Assembly (NCBI RefSeq): GCF_009914755.1
Contig: NC_060936.1
DNA length: 64,000 nt
Source of the DNA: the human T2T-CHM13v2.0 reference genome, Homo sapiens
Direction: 5' to 3' (one strand)
Made by a program: the position numbers and the translations under genes. The notes under the pieces were generated by a model. That model was not told where the DNA came from and ran no database searches. It saw only the letters and a list, made by a program, of their open reading frames with translations. Positions 30,675 to 44,499 of the stretch are shown piece after piece (positions within the stretch are counted from its first letter, which is position 1; each line of letters opens with the position of its first letter).

Positions 30675-31302
30675 TTAAAGTCTTTTGAAAAGCACAGTTT
30701 AAATATCAATCATGTTGTCCTTCACCAGGCATGGATTGAGGAGAAAAGGCCCCCTCCCCTCCAAAAAAAACCCTATTTATGAGGGAAAGTTAAGGACCTA
30801 GGGTTAGGGTAAGGGTGAGGTGTATGAGGAGGAAGGGGAAGTGAGCACAACATTCTTTAAGCTTTGCTTAGATCCCCAGAATTGAAATGTTGACTCTAGA
30901 TAGACATGATAATTAGATTTTAAAATGGTTCTCACACTCATTAAAACTCCTAAACCAGCACAAAGGAACATGAAGTGTATCTACCAGTAGTGGGGATTGA
31001 TTCCTCATGATCCATTTATCTCTTCTTAACCCATCCCCACATTTAACCAGAGGTATTTTCAACATGAAGTATTGAAGAGATAGTTTCAGTTTGAGGCTAA
31101 GAAGTAATTCACTTATGCAACAAATATTGATTTAGTATATCTAGGCACAGCCTATAATATGAAATACTGAATGAATGCATGAATAATATGAAATGGTCTC
31201 AGTTTATAATTGGCTATTTATCCATTACAAAAACTTATTCTTTTAAAAAGATAACTTAAATAGATGAAAAAATGGAATGTCACACATTCTGTGCCCTGAT
31301 GG

Positions 31303-31452
31303 TAGGGATGGCTCCATGGATATGCTTAGAAGGGCCCTGCACTTGGTTTAATGCCCGGTTGTTGTTGCCATCTTAAAATTCTTAATTTTTAAACAAGGGT
31401 CCCAACACATATTCATTTTGTGCCAGCCCAGCAAATTATGTATCTTGTCCTC
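31303..31452 (+). mobile_element. MER91-like hAT MITE, followed by a MIR (~31460-31680)
   Basis: AGAAGGGCCCTGCACTTGGTTTAATGC...AAATTCTTAAT...CAAATTATGTA. Confidence 0.7.
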
Positions 31453-33169
31453 AACAGAATAATTTGACTTCCAATCCTGACTTCACTTACTAGCTCTTAA
31501 GCAAGTTATTCAACTACTCTAAACTTCATTGTCTTATCTGTAAAATGGACATGTACCAGTGCCTGAAAGGGATTGCTGAGAAGATAAAATGAGATGTGTG
31601 AATGGAGTAATTAGCGCATTGCTTTGTAATTAGCAAGCGTGCAGTGAATGTTGGCAGCTGCTGCTGCTGTTACTACTACATAAATAAATGTGTTTTGGAA
31701 CCAAACTATTTTTTTAGGTCTAAACAACCTACTAATGTAACAAATACATTGCGCTGTTCAAAAATAAAAGCTACATAAAGTCATTTTTAAAAATTCAAGA
31801 CATTGCTGAGACTGCCTGCTTTATTTTTCTAGTCACTGGTTAGTTTTCTTATAGTAAATAGATTTTTTTTCACAGATTTATTAAAATTGAAATAATTTTT
31901 TTCTTACAACTTTAAGACTCTTAAATAGTATGATTTTCTAAAGGACAGATAGCAGGCTCTGATGTTACGCCTTGTTAGCACTGATTTGCTCTTAGGAGTT
32001 TGACAATTTAGCTTCTATTTTAAGGCATTAATATTTAATATAGATTTATAAATAAATGAAGTACACACAAATTCCACTAAGTAAAACCAGATGAAGCACA
32101 TGGACAAATGGAAGTGGTACATTAGGAGGAAGCAATATATATAATACAGTAATGTTATATTTTAAAAATGTATAACCAATCTTATTTGATAAAGGATTGG
32201 AGCAGAATATTTTACCTATTCAGCATCACCAGAAGAATGGATTGACTGTTGTTTTTTTTAAATAACTGAAGCTTAAGCACTTAAACTTTTAACGTTTACT
32301 AACGTATTTTAATGGAAATTATTGTTTCTATGGAAATCTTAGATTTTGCAGGCATCTGATTCCAAAAATAGAATGTATTAAGCATAATTTTTTATTAATG
32401 ACTCAAGGTCGTCATTCTATCATATCTTTATAGTATTTTCTCTTTGGGGACTTGAAGGGATCACAGGAATCCCCTACTTCCTTTACAGGAATTTCCTCAA
32501 CTTTCTGCGGAATGCTAGCTGGTGCTTACTTGTTCCATTTGCTGGCATAGCTTCAAATTTCTAATGACCAGCTCAATTGTAGGAAGGCTGTTTCTGCTGT
32601 TTACCCCTTTCTCAAGATTTTTAAAATATATTTGATTCTTGTCAGTCTCTTTATGTGGTTAGAATTAATAGATCTGTAAAAACTCAGGAGCATTATCTCA
32701 GCCATCTTATACCATATGGTACCCTAAGAAGTAGAGAAATCTAATCCCAGAGCGATCAGAAGGAAGACAGAAGGACAGAGAGGAAAGAGAGGAGAAATTA
32801 AGGGAGTGTGCCCAGTTCCTGAAAGCTTTCTGGCTTCTGTTTATCTAGAAACTTTATGATTAAGTATCTCATTATCCTTTGAAAGTCTTTAAGTATTCCA
32901 TTATCTTTTAAGTAACTCCAAAACTTTCAAAAATGTAGTTTGAATTTGTGTTATTTTACTTGTGAACAAAAGCATCTTAAGTACGACTGTGTCTACTTTA
33001 GGCATAGTCTACATTAGTTACTATGCAATGTTAACTCATTTTGAATTTGCAGGTTACTAACTCTGGATTTTTTTTAACCTCGATTCAGGACTTTATATTA
33101 AAGCTCTGTTAAGTTGCAATATACCTTTGAATATGATACCTTTGAATATCATAATAGTGCAAGAGGCAC

Positions 33170-34060
33170 TGAAGGCCTCTACTAGGGCACTAACAGGTTA
33201 TCGGGGAAACAACACGAAGGATAGGAAGACATTATGAGAAGGTTTAAAAGGATGTGGTGCTGACTGGATGGAGGGAGATGGATAAGAGATTGAATCCTTA
33301 AGATAACTTACAAATGAATGGGTAGAGTTTGATGCCATTCACGGAAATGGAACATATAGAAAGGGATGAAAGGGAAGATGAGTTGTTCCCTTCTCGTCAT
33401 GTTGAGTTTGCTTCACTTGTAGCAGGGGTACATACATAAGTCTGGATCTCAAAAGAGAGGCCCAGAGGACAGTTAAAAAAAAAAATCAATGAGTTGTTTA
33501 TTAAGTGATAGTTTACTCCAGGATGCTGAAAGGGCCTACTCAGCAAGGATGCAGAGTATGAAAAGGGAAGGCTGGAGATGGGACTGGGGAGCACCAACTA
33601 GTGGAAGAAGAGAATGAACTCTGAGAAAATTGAGAAACAGCAGCCTGAGAGGCGAGAAGTAGTGGGAAAAGACAGCGTCAGAAAAGACAAGATGCATTTG
33701 AGAAGCAAGAGCGATCAACAGTGTCAAGTGACCCAGAAAAATCAAGTTGGATTAGGAGTGCCGTATGCCCATAATCTTGGATGACTCAGAGGCAACTGCT
33801 GACTTTAGACAGAGTATTGTCAGTGGATCAGTGGGTAGGAAGAAGGCCAGCTTACCATCGAACCAGAAGTAATGGGCAGTGTGGAGGTACGCGTCATGTC
33901 CTTGCCTTTCATAAGCTGAACTGAGTGAGAACGAAAAGAGAGGATTTATAGAAATAAGAGGATGCACAAGTGAAAGGGAAACTTTTGAACAATAGAGATT
34001 GCATGGTGTTATACTGAGGGAGGAAGAAAGTTAGAAGGCACAGGGAAAGGGGGTATTGAC
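33170..34060 (-). mobile_element. L2 fragment
   Basis: GA-rich decayed L2 text (GGAAGATGAGTT...CATGTTGAGTTTG...GTCTGGATCTCAAAAGAGAGG). Boundaries approximate. Confidence 0.6.
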
Positions 34061-35784
34061 TGATGGAGGGACAGACAGAAGAATAGGATCCAGAGTTCCA
34101 GTGTCTGAATTTGCTTCTGATAAAATTTCAGAACAGACACTTTTATGCCTGTGGGGAGTGATGTGGGCATGGGCAGGAGGGTAAGGGACTGGGAATTGAG
34201 GTGTACTTTTTTCCCAACCTAATGCTGATTTTTTTCCTCCCTTGAAGAAAGAATATCTATTAGGGTAATGCTGTTTGCATCTTTCCACCTCACCCACACT
34301 TCGCCTAGGGGAAGAGGGAGGCATCATTTACTTAACTGTGGATTCATGGGCTACCTTTTCTCCTTTCTCCCTATCAGGAATTCTCTATTTCTCTGTTAGA
34401 GTTGTGAATGGGTTAGTAAGACTGTCTAGCTTTCGTTTTCAATATTAGGAGACTTATTCAGCTTTCACACTTAAGCCCAGTCGCCAATGTTAGCATTCAC
34501 AATAAGAAAGATGGTATTTTGTACTTCATTGCCAAATTCTTTTATCCTGTTTCTCTGTTGGCCCAGAATTCAAGCAAGGAAGAAGAATGCTGTCTTCTTT
34601 GTGCCCTTTATTGATTTTCAGGAAACTTTTCTTCTATAGTATGTGCAAAGTAGGTGCACAATATAAGAAAAATATCTCTATACACACGAGAATGGAAAGT
34701 TAAAAGAGAGTCTTGGTTTCATATAGGAGACAAGAACCAATGCCAGGAGTCGAAAGTGGAGTAGAAGCTGAAGGAAGAGTCACATATGGACACCAAGAAA
34801 GAGTACTCAATAGCATTTTTTATCCAGTGGAGATGAGAATCTATTAAAATAGTTTTCCCTTTTATTCCTCAATAAAGTTGACTGTGATGATGAGATCCGA
34901 TTTTGGGGGGAGGGGCGGAAGTCATTCTTTGTTAGATTTCTGGCCCTGGGATCTTATCTTTAACTTTTTCTGAAGTCATTGGTACATACTTAAATTTGCC
35001 TAGTATTTTTTTATCTTTAGGGTTAGCAGCTTGAAGATAGCTTGATCACTTCTCCGATAAGCTCTTTAACCTATTACATCTTTTAATTTTGAAAAGATTT
35101 CAGTCCAGAATTTCAGTAAGTTCTCCAACTTACTTCATCTCCCTTGTGAGCAATAAAATTAAAAGTCATGTTAAGAACATTCAGTTCAGAAAACATGATT
35201 TGGATACCTACTTGATGAAAGGCAAACAAGTAATAGGTAATTATATTGGTGATGTTAAATATGCCAAATCTTTTGTGTGTAGTAATTCTCCAATATTCCC
35301 AGGAAGTCTTTTTTAATATTCCTTTTGTTTCCTGTGAGTTCATGGTAAAAGAGCATCAAAGCCGAATGACAGTAGTCACTAGGTATTTTCAGTAAGGTGA
35401 AGGTTACTCTATTACAAAAATGACTGTTTTCAGATTTAATTTAAAAGAGAATCACACCTAGTTGAAACATCTCCATGTCAGCAACATTTGAAGTTTGAGA
35501 GAAAGGAACCACAAACCGTGCAGTGTTAATAATCAACTGTTTTTTTCAATAAATTTCTGGCACAAGGTGTTCTGTGATGGCTGATTTTCCCTCCCTTTTT
35601 CAGGTATAATTTCCAAAAGCAAGACTCACAAATCTTAAGTGTATGCTTTGATGAGTTTTTATAAAAGTATTAAACTCATGTAACTAACATCAACCAGGAT
35701 TTCTCTTTCCAATTTATACCTCTCTCTCCCAGAGGAAATTACTCCTTTAATTTCTGGCTTTATAGAATGTTATCATTTGTTCCT

Positions 35785-37584
35785 TTTTTAAATTGACAAG
35801 TAAAAATGGTATACATTTATGGTACAAAATGATGTTTTGATATATTTGCCTATTGTGCAATGGCATCGTCAAGCTATTTACACATGCATTATCTTGCATG
35901 TTAATTTTTTGTGGTGAGGACACTTAAAATCTGCTCTGGTAGCAATTTTCAACGATGGAATTCATTGTTATTAACTGCAGTCACCATGATGATAGATCCC
36001 TTGAGCTTATTCCTCCTAACCAAAATTTTGTGTTCTTTGACCAACCCACACCCTGGTCCCCTGCCACCCCCCACCTCGCCCCTGGCCACCACAATCCCCA
36101 GCCTCTGGTAGCCACCATTTTACTCTCTGTTTCTATAAGCTCAACTCTTTTAGATTCTACATATGAATGAGATCATGTGGTATTTATCTTTCTGTGGCTG
36201 GCTTATTCCACTTAATATAATATCCTCCAGATTCACCTACTTTGTCACAAATGACAGAATTTCCTTCTTTTCAAAGGCTAAATAGTATCCCATTGTGTAT
36301 AGGTATTACATTTTCTTTATTTGTTTATATGTTGATGGATACTTAGGTTGATTCCATATCTTGGTTTTTAGGAATAATGCTGCAATGGACATGGGAGGAC
36401 AGATATCTCTTCCACATACTGATTTCATTTCCTTTGGGTATATATCCAGTAATAGAAATGCTGGATCATATAGTAGTTCTATTTTTAGTTTTTTGAGGAA
36501 CCTATATACTGTTTCCATAGAGGCTGTACTAATGTACATTCACACCAACCATGTGCAAAGGTTCTCTTTTCTCCACATTCTTGCCAGTACTTGTTATCAT
36601 TTGCCTTTTTTGATAATAGTCATTCTAATAGTAGTGAAGTGATACTTCACTGTGGTTTAGATTTGCAATTTCCTAATCATTAGTGATACTGAGTATTTTT
36701 TTCAAATGTCTGTTGGCCATTTGTATGTCTTATTTGGAAAACTGTGTACTCAGGTCCTTCACACATTTTTTTAATTGTATTATTTGTTTTGTTGCTGTTG
36801 AGGTGTTTGAGTTTCTATTTATATAATATATTTTGGATGTTAATCTGTTATCAAGTCTATGACCTGCAAATATATTCTTCCATTTTGCAGATTGTCTCTT
36901 TACTTTGCTGATTGTTTCAATTGCTATACTGAGGCTTTTAGTTTGATATAATCCCATTTGTGTAATTTTGCTTTTGTTGCCTGTGCTTTTGGGGTGATAT
37001 CCAAAAAATATTGTCAAGACCAATGTCATAGAGCTTTTCTTCTATGTTTTCTTCCAATAATTTTATAGTTTCAGATCTTATATTTGAGTTCTTTAATCCA
37101 GTTTGAGTTGATATTTTTGTATGGTATAAGGTGAGGGTCTAATTTCATTCTTTTGCATGTGGTTTTCTAGTTTTCCAAGCACCATTTATTAAAGATACTG
37201 TCTTTTTCCATTGAGTATTCTTGGCATCTTTCAAAAATTAATTGATCATAAATGTATAGTTTTATCTCTGGATACCGTACTTTGTTCCATTGGTCTTTGT
37301 ATGTGTTTTTTTTTGCCAGTACCATGCTGTTTTGATTACTCAAGCTCTGTAGTAGATTTTGAAAACTGGTAGTCAGGTAATATGATGGCTCCAGCTTTGA
37401 TCTTTTTGCTTAGGATTGCTTCAGCTATTTGGGATCTTTTGTGATTCCGTATGAATTTTAGGATTGGTTTTTATATTTCCGTGAAAAATGTCATTGGAAT
37501 TTTGATAGAGATTGCACTGAATCTGTAGATCGCTTTGGGTAATATGGGCATTTTAACAATATTATTTTAAACAATATTTTTAAT
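35785..37584 (-). mobile_element. L1MA8/9-like 3' fragment nested in an older L1M
   Basis: Antisense L1MA 3' end (GTGGTGAGGACACTTAAAATCT) and ORF2 C-terminal remnants (ORF 36306..36539). Degenerate TSD TATCATTTGTTCCT at 35771 and TATTATTTGTTCTT at 37585. Confidence 0.8.
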
Positions 37585-38294
37585 TATTATTTGTTCTTAA
37601 ACATTGCAAAAATGGGTTACACAGTAGGTGTGCTTTTATGTCTGGCTTAGTCTGCTAAGCATAATGTTTTTGAGATTCTGTTGTTTACTGTGCATCAGAA
37701 ATTCATTTCTTTTTATTTCTTGAATATTGTTCCATTGTATGCATATGTTACAGTTGTATATCCCCCTCCTGCTGATGGACATTTGAGTTTTTTTCAGTTT
37801 TAGATTATTATGAATAAAGTTACTCCATACATTTGTGTATAATATTTTGGGGGACATATGTTTTATTATTTCTTTTCAGTAAATATGTAGGAGTAGAATT
37901 GCTGGGTCATAAGGTAAGTATAATTTTAAAAGAAACTGCTTAATGATTTTCTACAGATGTTGAACAATTTTACACTCCCACTAGCAATATCTGAGTGATC
38001 CCAGTGATCTGCATTCAGACCTGCATTAGGCATTATTACTGTTTAATTTTAGCCATTCTAATGAGTGTGAAGTGATAATCTTATTGTGGATTTAATCTGC
38101 ATTTTCCTGATGACTATGTTAAGCATGTTTTTATGTGTTTATTGGCATTCACATATACTCTTCTGAAGGGTTTGCCCAAGTCTTTTGCCCATTTTTAACT
38201 ATTATTATTATTATTTATTGTTGTTATTTAGATAATATGGATACAAGTATGATTTATGTATTATAAATATTTTCTCAGTTTGTGGGGCTTGCCT

Positions 38295-38554
38295 CTTTCT
38301 TCATTTCTCTCTGTCTCTCTCTCTTTCTTTCTTGTTTTTTGACAGTGTTTTACTCTCTTGTCCAGGCTAGAGTCCAGTGGCAAGCAGTGTCCAAATCCTG
38401 GGCTCAAGTGAACCTCCTATCTTTTTTATTTTTTTATAGAGACAGGGTCTTACTGTGTTGCCCAGGCAGTTCTTGAACTCCTGGCCTCAAGAGATTCTCA
38501 TGCCTCAGCCCCTCAAATTGCTAGGATTACAGGCATAAGCCACCATGCCCAGCC
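38295..38554 (-). mobile_element. AluJ/FLAM_C-like, internally deleted
   Basis: Intact left arm 38420-38554 preceded by a partial right arm and a CT-rich tail. Confidence 0.75.
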
Positions 38555-39260
38555 TACTTTTAATTTTCTTAATGATGTGTTTTAATGAGCAGAATTACTA
38601 CATTTGAAGAAGTCAGATTTATTATAATTTTTTTCTGATGATTCCTTTTTTTTGTTCTAAAAATCTTATATAACTCATTGCCAAGATATTCTTTTTATGT
38701 TTTCTTCACTGAACTTTATATTTTGGCCAAGGTCTGTAATCTACCCTGAGTTAAATTTTTGCATATGGCCTGAGGTATAAATCATGGTTCCGTTTTTTTC
38801 CATACAGATATATATTTAACCCAGCAAAATATTTTGAAAAAATTTTCCTTTCACTATTGAATTCCCTGTTGCTGACACCTTCGTCAGAATCATTACGGAC
38901 TGTGTAACCTGTTCCATTGGTCTATTCATGTATCCTAATACCAATGTCACACTGTCGTGATTATTTTATGTTTATACTATATCTTAATGTCAGATTGCTC
39001 CTCTAATTTCATTCTTCCTTTTTAAGATTCTGAAGCTGAAATTTTTAATGAGTTGCTTTGAGTACTTACATGAAACCTACTATTGTTCCTATGTTCTCAT
39101 AGAAAAATATTTTTATGAATGGGTTATTGAAAAAAATCAAACAGATAAATATGCATAAATCTTTTAACCAGGCTTCCTGTAAGCGGTGTGTAACATGCCA
39201 CGAAATTTGCTAAGCGCCTTGGAGCAATTCTTTTGTGCAGTGAAACAAGTTTCCTGACAT

Positions 39261-39279
39261 GTGCGCCATCTGCTGATCG
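39261..39279 (-). promoter_or_regulatory. Candidate CTCF binding site
   Basis: Minus strand CGATCAGCAGATGGCGCAC matches the core CCASYAGRKGGCRS except at the first C. Several CpGs survive locally (39180-39280). Confidence 0.55.
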
Positions 39280-39393
39280 ACATTTCCAATGGCATCATAT
39301 CATGGTGAAGAACTCTGAACTTCATTTCTCTCTTTGTTCATTCACTGTCTTCAATGACAGATTCTCCAGCTCAAATCTTTAAGATACTCCCAA

Positions 39394-39408
39394 CGCATAC
39401 ACATGCAC

Positions 39409-39443
<35 letters not shown>

Positions 39444-39466
39444 CACACATATACCCACATGCACAC
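39394..39466. repeat. Imperfect (CA)n microsatellite
   Basis: Read directly. A similar mixed TA/CA tract lies at ~928-1020. Confidence 0.9.
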
Positions 39467-40074
39467 CGTTGGTTTTATATTCCATTTATATCTTTTTGCT
39501 TCCTATCCACTTTTATCTTTCATATCTAATTACCAATTTTCCCGTTTTCAAGAGCTTCTTGAAATGAATAGCCCGGAAGATTCTCATCTCCACCCAGCAA
39601 GCCTCAGAGAACTGTAAGAATGGCTGTTTGTCAGGTCATTGCCAACCCATTTCAAACCTCATTAAAAATAATTAGTTTTAGTATTTATTAAACTACCCTG
39701 TGTAGTGTCTAAGCCTAATGGGGTCCATTAACAGCTTTCAATGTTGTGCTTACATATGATAATTTATAAATAGAAAAATTTAAACACAATGAATACATTT
39801 TGCCTCACTATGCCGTTGCCATTTAGAGTGTTTAGAAATTTTGACAAAGCATTGAATGCATATGCTGTAGGCACAGAGCTATTCTTAGCCAGTATAGTAG
39901 TGTCTCTTTAACATTGTCAACAGAAGTGTCTAGTTTTTGAAAGCTGATGTTTTACTGGAATAAAATGGATGGATATGACTCTCTAGATGTGGAATTCCTC
40001 CTCCCCCACCATGCCTGATTTTAACTGTCCTGATATATTCAGAGCCTAGATATAGTGATTATTAAGGGATGGAT

Positions 40075-40336
40075 TTATGTATGTATGTATGTATTTTGCA
40101 ATCTCAGTTCACTGCAACCACTGCCTCCTGGGTTTAAGCAATTCTCCTGCCTCAGCCTCTTGAGTAGCTGGGATTACAGGCCTAGGCCACCACACCTGGC
40201 TAGTTTTCGTATTTTTGGTAGAGACGGGGTTTCACCATGTTGACCAGGCCGGTCTTGAACTCCTGACCTCAGGTGATCTGCTTGCATCAGCCTCCCAGAG
40301 TGCTAGGATTACAGATGTGAGCCACCGTGCCCCACC
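40075..40336 (-). mobile_element. AluS lacking the 3' part of the right arm
   Basis: (TATG)n abuts GCAATCTCAGTTCACTGCAACC. Left arm complete. Confidence 0.85.
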
Positions 40337-43300
40337 GGATTTTTTCTTTTCTTTTCTTTCTTTCTTTCTTTCTTTTTTTTTTTTTTTTTTAAAAACAGAG
40401 GCTTTGTTCTAAAGTTGGTTTCGTAGTTTGGTTCTGTTTAAAAAATTGTTTTATACTTTTCCTATATATGTAATATTTGACTTATCAGACTTCGATTTGT
40501 CAGGATATTTTAAGCCTCAATCAATGATGCATCCATGACACACAGCATCCATAGGTGCTCAGTACTTTTCATGTATTATTTCATTTCATTATTATGCCCA
40601 TTTATAGATGAGGGAACTGAGCACAAATGGCCGAAGTAACTTATTCAGATCATAAGCATATGGTGAGTGAAGCCACGAGTTTACCTAGGTTCATCTGACT
40701 TTACAGTACGAGGTCTTAACATACACCACTGCCTGTTTCTCTATTTTAACACCTTTCCAAATCAAAGCTCTGAGGAAGCTTTAAATTAATAGTTTCTTTT
40801 TTCTAATTAAAATTTGTATTGTAATATGCAAACAGAGTTGTAGAAGAATTTTTTAAAAAAACAAAACAAGCCTAAACATGTGTGCATGTCCATGACTCAA
40901 TGCTGCCTCTCGGTGGGGTCTTTTTTCCATAACAATCTTTACATCTTCACTATCCCATTAGCTTCTGGGCAAGTTATATTAACTAAATCTGTAATTTCCT
41001 GCAAGTATTACCATATGCATATTTCTCCCTGTTTACAAGGTTTGATTTTTCTTACTAACATTTTCTAATGTCTTATCCCTGGTCTATCTAGTTTACTACT
41101 TCTTTTATACTATCAGCCCGGAAAACTGTGAGTGGCTGTTGTGCAGCATTCTCTCCTTTTGTATGAAAGATAACCATTTATAAAACAGAAAGTAGCCTGG
41201 CACATTTTATTGCCTGAGATCTGATACCTTGTTTTTATTAGGAGTACACTATGTGTGCATGTATAAGAATGCTTGTTGTGGGGTGGTAGGAGGGCATAAG
41301 AAAGCCGTATTAGAGCCCATATTCATCAGTGAGTCCTTAAGTATACACTTGATTTTTCCTCCTCTGGGTCCATCCCAAACTCATTTCTGAGATTCCAAGA
41401 TCTAAAATGCCTGAATCTGTGGACAATCCAGAGTTTGGCAATGAACCCAAGAAATGCCTGGAGATAATGCAAGAAACTTAATTAATCAAGCTTATATCTG
41501 CCAGAGTTTTAAACGCACTATTGAGTTGCTCAATAACAGATCAAATTTGAGCAAAAAGAACAGCATATGGAAGCGTTCTAGCCTAATAAAAAGAGAAACT
41601 CATGAGAAAAAACTGGACTATTAGACTAAGTTCACAAGTAATATAAACTTAGATCGGTTCCATAAGCCTCTCTCTACCAAAGAAATGGCAATGCCTCTCT
41701 TGAATATAAGCCATTTGAGGATCAGGATAGAATCTTGCACATTGTCTTACGGCTTAATAGCAAATTTTCAATCAATATATCATATAGGGATTTTAACCTT
41801 TTTGACAGAATAGTCCTTCAAAATACTTTTATAGACAATTTAATCCATGTCTTGTTTTCAATGTGTACCATAAAGATAAAATTGTTAGCATTTTGTATAT
41901 ATTAGTTGTATGTAAAGACATTATATCACACTTTTTACTGTATCCAACAGAATATAAATATCATAGCCAATTAAGACCCACAGATTTCCTTTTAAATAGT
42001 GTAAGTACAAGCTCAATTTTAACACATGGAAATGTTAAATTATTCTGTTTGGTTTTTGAATCTTTCATTTCAGTTCATTACCCATTAATATTAGTACCGA
42101 AAAGTTAAAAAAAAATTTAAAATTTGTATCATAGCTAAAAGTTTATCTGAAGCATAATTCTTAATAAGATAAAGAGATGGCTCAAATGGTGTTTGATAAA
42201 GGGGACACAGACACTTCAAAAAGACTACCCCTGACCCCCTAGATTAGGTTAGACATGCTTACTATATGTACACATTCTACCCTATGCCACTTCTTCCTTA
42301 ATATTTTGATTACTTTTTTATTGTCTACTTTCCTCACTAGGCTGTAAGTACCATGAGGATGAGGATAAGGATCTTGTTATCTTATTGTTTCATTTCCAAG
42401 GCCTAGTCTAGGGACAAAATAATAGTAGGTGCACAATGAATATTTGTTCAACTGATTTTGGTTGAGGAATCAGTAAGTGAAGGAGACAGAGTATGAGGTG
42501 ACAGAAATATGACTAAGAGGGTGGAATAGTTCAAATACCAGTGATCAAAGTACAGTTATTAGAAATAATTTATTGCAGTTGCATTGGTGATGGGCAGGCT
42601 ATTTATGACTTTTGAGAATAAAGTTTTAATAGAATAGTGTAAATGAGAGTTAGATTGTAGAGTATCTTAAAGACGGATAGATAATGAAGGAGAGGCTCTA
42701 AAAAACGAGAAATTCAATGGATTAGAGATATACAGGTGTAGGGAAAAGGAAGGTTATGTCTAAGTTCTCTGAACAGTGTGCCGCATGATTTATAAGGGGT
42801 AAATAAAAGGATTACTAAGAAGTGATAAGCCAACTGAAATTGGAAAACCTGAATTTTCAGATGGCCAAATTTACATAGTTTTATAACTTTCTCTGAAACA
42901 AATCAGCTGAAACCAGGATAATAGGAAGTGGGTAATGGAGGCAGTCCAGGATTTAGGACTGCATAAGCAGAAGGGTTAAGGAAGTGATGGGGTTGAGTGT
43001 ACTATTAAAGATTTTATCAATAGGACCAAATATGAAAGATCTCAACACACTCAGCAGATATTTCCAAGCATTAACAAGTCTAAAAACATTTCCTGCTGAA
43101 ATTGCCTCTTTTCCAGAGCAAAATATGTTATTCTCATGTCTTGAACATCTGCTGCTAGGGGAAAGAAAAGTCTCAGAAAGCTCAACATTATATGCCAGTG
43201 TTCAAGTCAAAGTAGCACTAAAATCACTGAATGAATCAAGATGAGCTCATCCAAGATTCCATTTTAGAACATATCTTGTCTTCTACCAGTGGTTGAAGTG

Positions 43301-44499
43301 CAATGAAAATTGTAACTAAAAATATCAGCCTCTTTTGATGCCATATACTACCATCCAGTCTGAGATTAAAACCAATGCAAGAGAACCCAAATTTCTCTAG
43401 GCAGTGGCTTTTATGTTGGATGTTTCAGGAAGGTGTGTTAAGATCTCTGTGAACTCAAAACTTTTAAAGGAGTAGCAGATGGTGGTTACCTTAGCAACTG
43501 TTGCAGTGCACTATACTTAGATGTTTTTCTCTGAAAGCTGATTGTAGAAATACTATTCTAGTGTTCAGATGTAGTGAAAAGAAAAAATTATAAGGAACCT
43601 AAACTGAGGTAAAGGTTTATCATAAAGGTGACATCATCAAATCACCATTACTAAATTGAAGTTTCATTTTTAGGTATTTTTATTTAAGGCAATAATTAAA
43701 ATGGGAAGTAAACATTTTACATAATGCATATATTTAGTACTACTAGAATTTCATAAACTTTAATATTTTAATATTTTTAGAAATCATACTGGAAGTAATT
43801 ATTGCAAAGTCAGCAGTTAATGATAGCATGTTAAATATTTGTTACAGTACCCATCTGTAAAAATAATGATCATGTGAAAAATAAATATAATCACAAGGAG
43901 TTTTTTCCATTTTTCATTCTGGAATGAAACGGAATAATTACCAACATTAAGCTATTTTTTCCCTCTCATAGGTAAGTGGTTCTGTTACTTTAGTGTATAA
44001 TGACATTCAGCTTTAACAGGTTCATCAGGTCATCTGTATCAGAGTAATCTACGGTGCCTGAAAAAATGCAGATTTTCAGTTCATGTTCTCAAACATCCTG
44101 ATTAACTGGGGCTGAATATTTTCAGTTTTACAAGTTGTTCTGATGCATATGGTTCCTACAAAATACTGAAGAAACGAACTGTCTCAGCATGATACACCAG
44201 GGAAGTCTTGGGTCACTTTGACAAATGAGAGACTCCAAAGGATACAGATAAATTTAGTAGTGATTGTGTGAATTTGGAACATTAAAAGGCTACTAACATT
44301 TTCTAGAAAATTCATTGTTTAGAAAGGATAATGTCATTACTAACAAAGTAGTTAAAGTCGTATTAATCATTTAAAATGTTTTGGCACTTTGTAAGCATCA
44401 TTAAAATATGTTTTAAATTTTTAACACTTAATATTTTTACTTCTTCTTACTGTCAAAGGCATATTTATCCCATCTCTACTGTAAATGGGGCAATATAAT

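Larger units (their letters stand above)
35590..39020 (-). mobile_element. Older L1M (L1ME-like) host fragment split by the L1MA and an AluJ
   Basis: Decayed antisense L1 3' text at 35590-35780 resumes at 37600 (CTGCTGATGGACATTTGAGT, GAGTAGAATTGCTGGGTCATA). Confidence 0.65.

Noticed and set aside
30798-30820. Telomere-like CTAGGG TTAGGG TAAGGG TGAGG
   Set aside because: Only one canonical unit and three full G-triplets. Too short to call an interstitial telomeric sequence or a robust G4.
39553-39613. Possible 61-nt exon (TTTTCAAG...GTAAGA)
   Set aside because: Weak acceptor, and the peptide (SPEDSHLHPASLREL) looks more like a decayed CR1/L3 RT relic. Neither reading is well supported.
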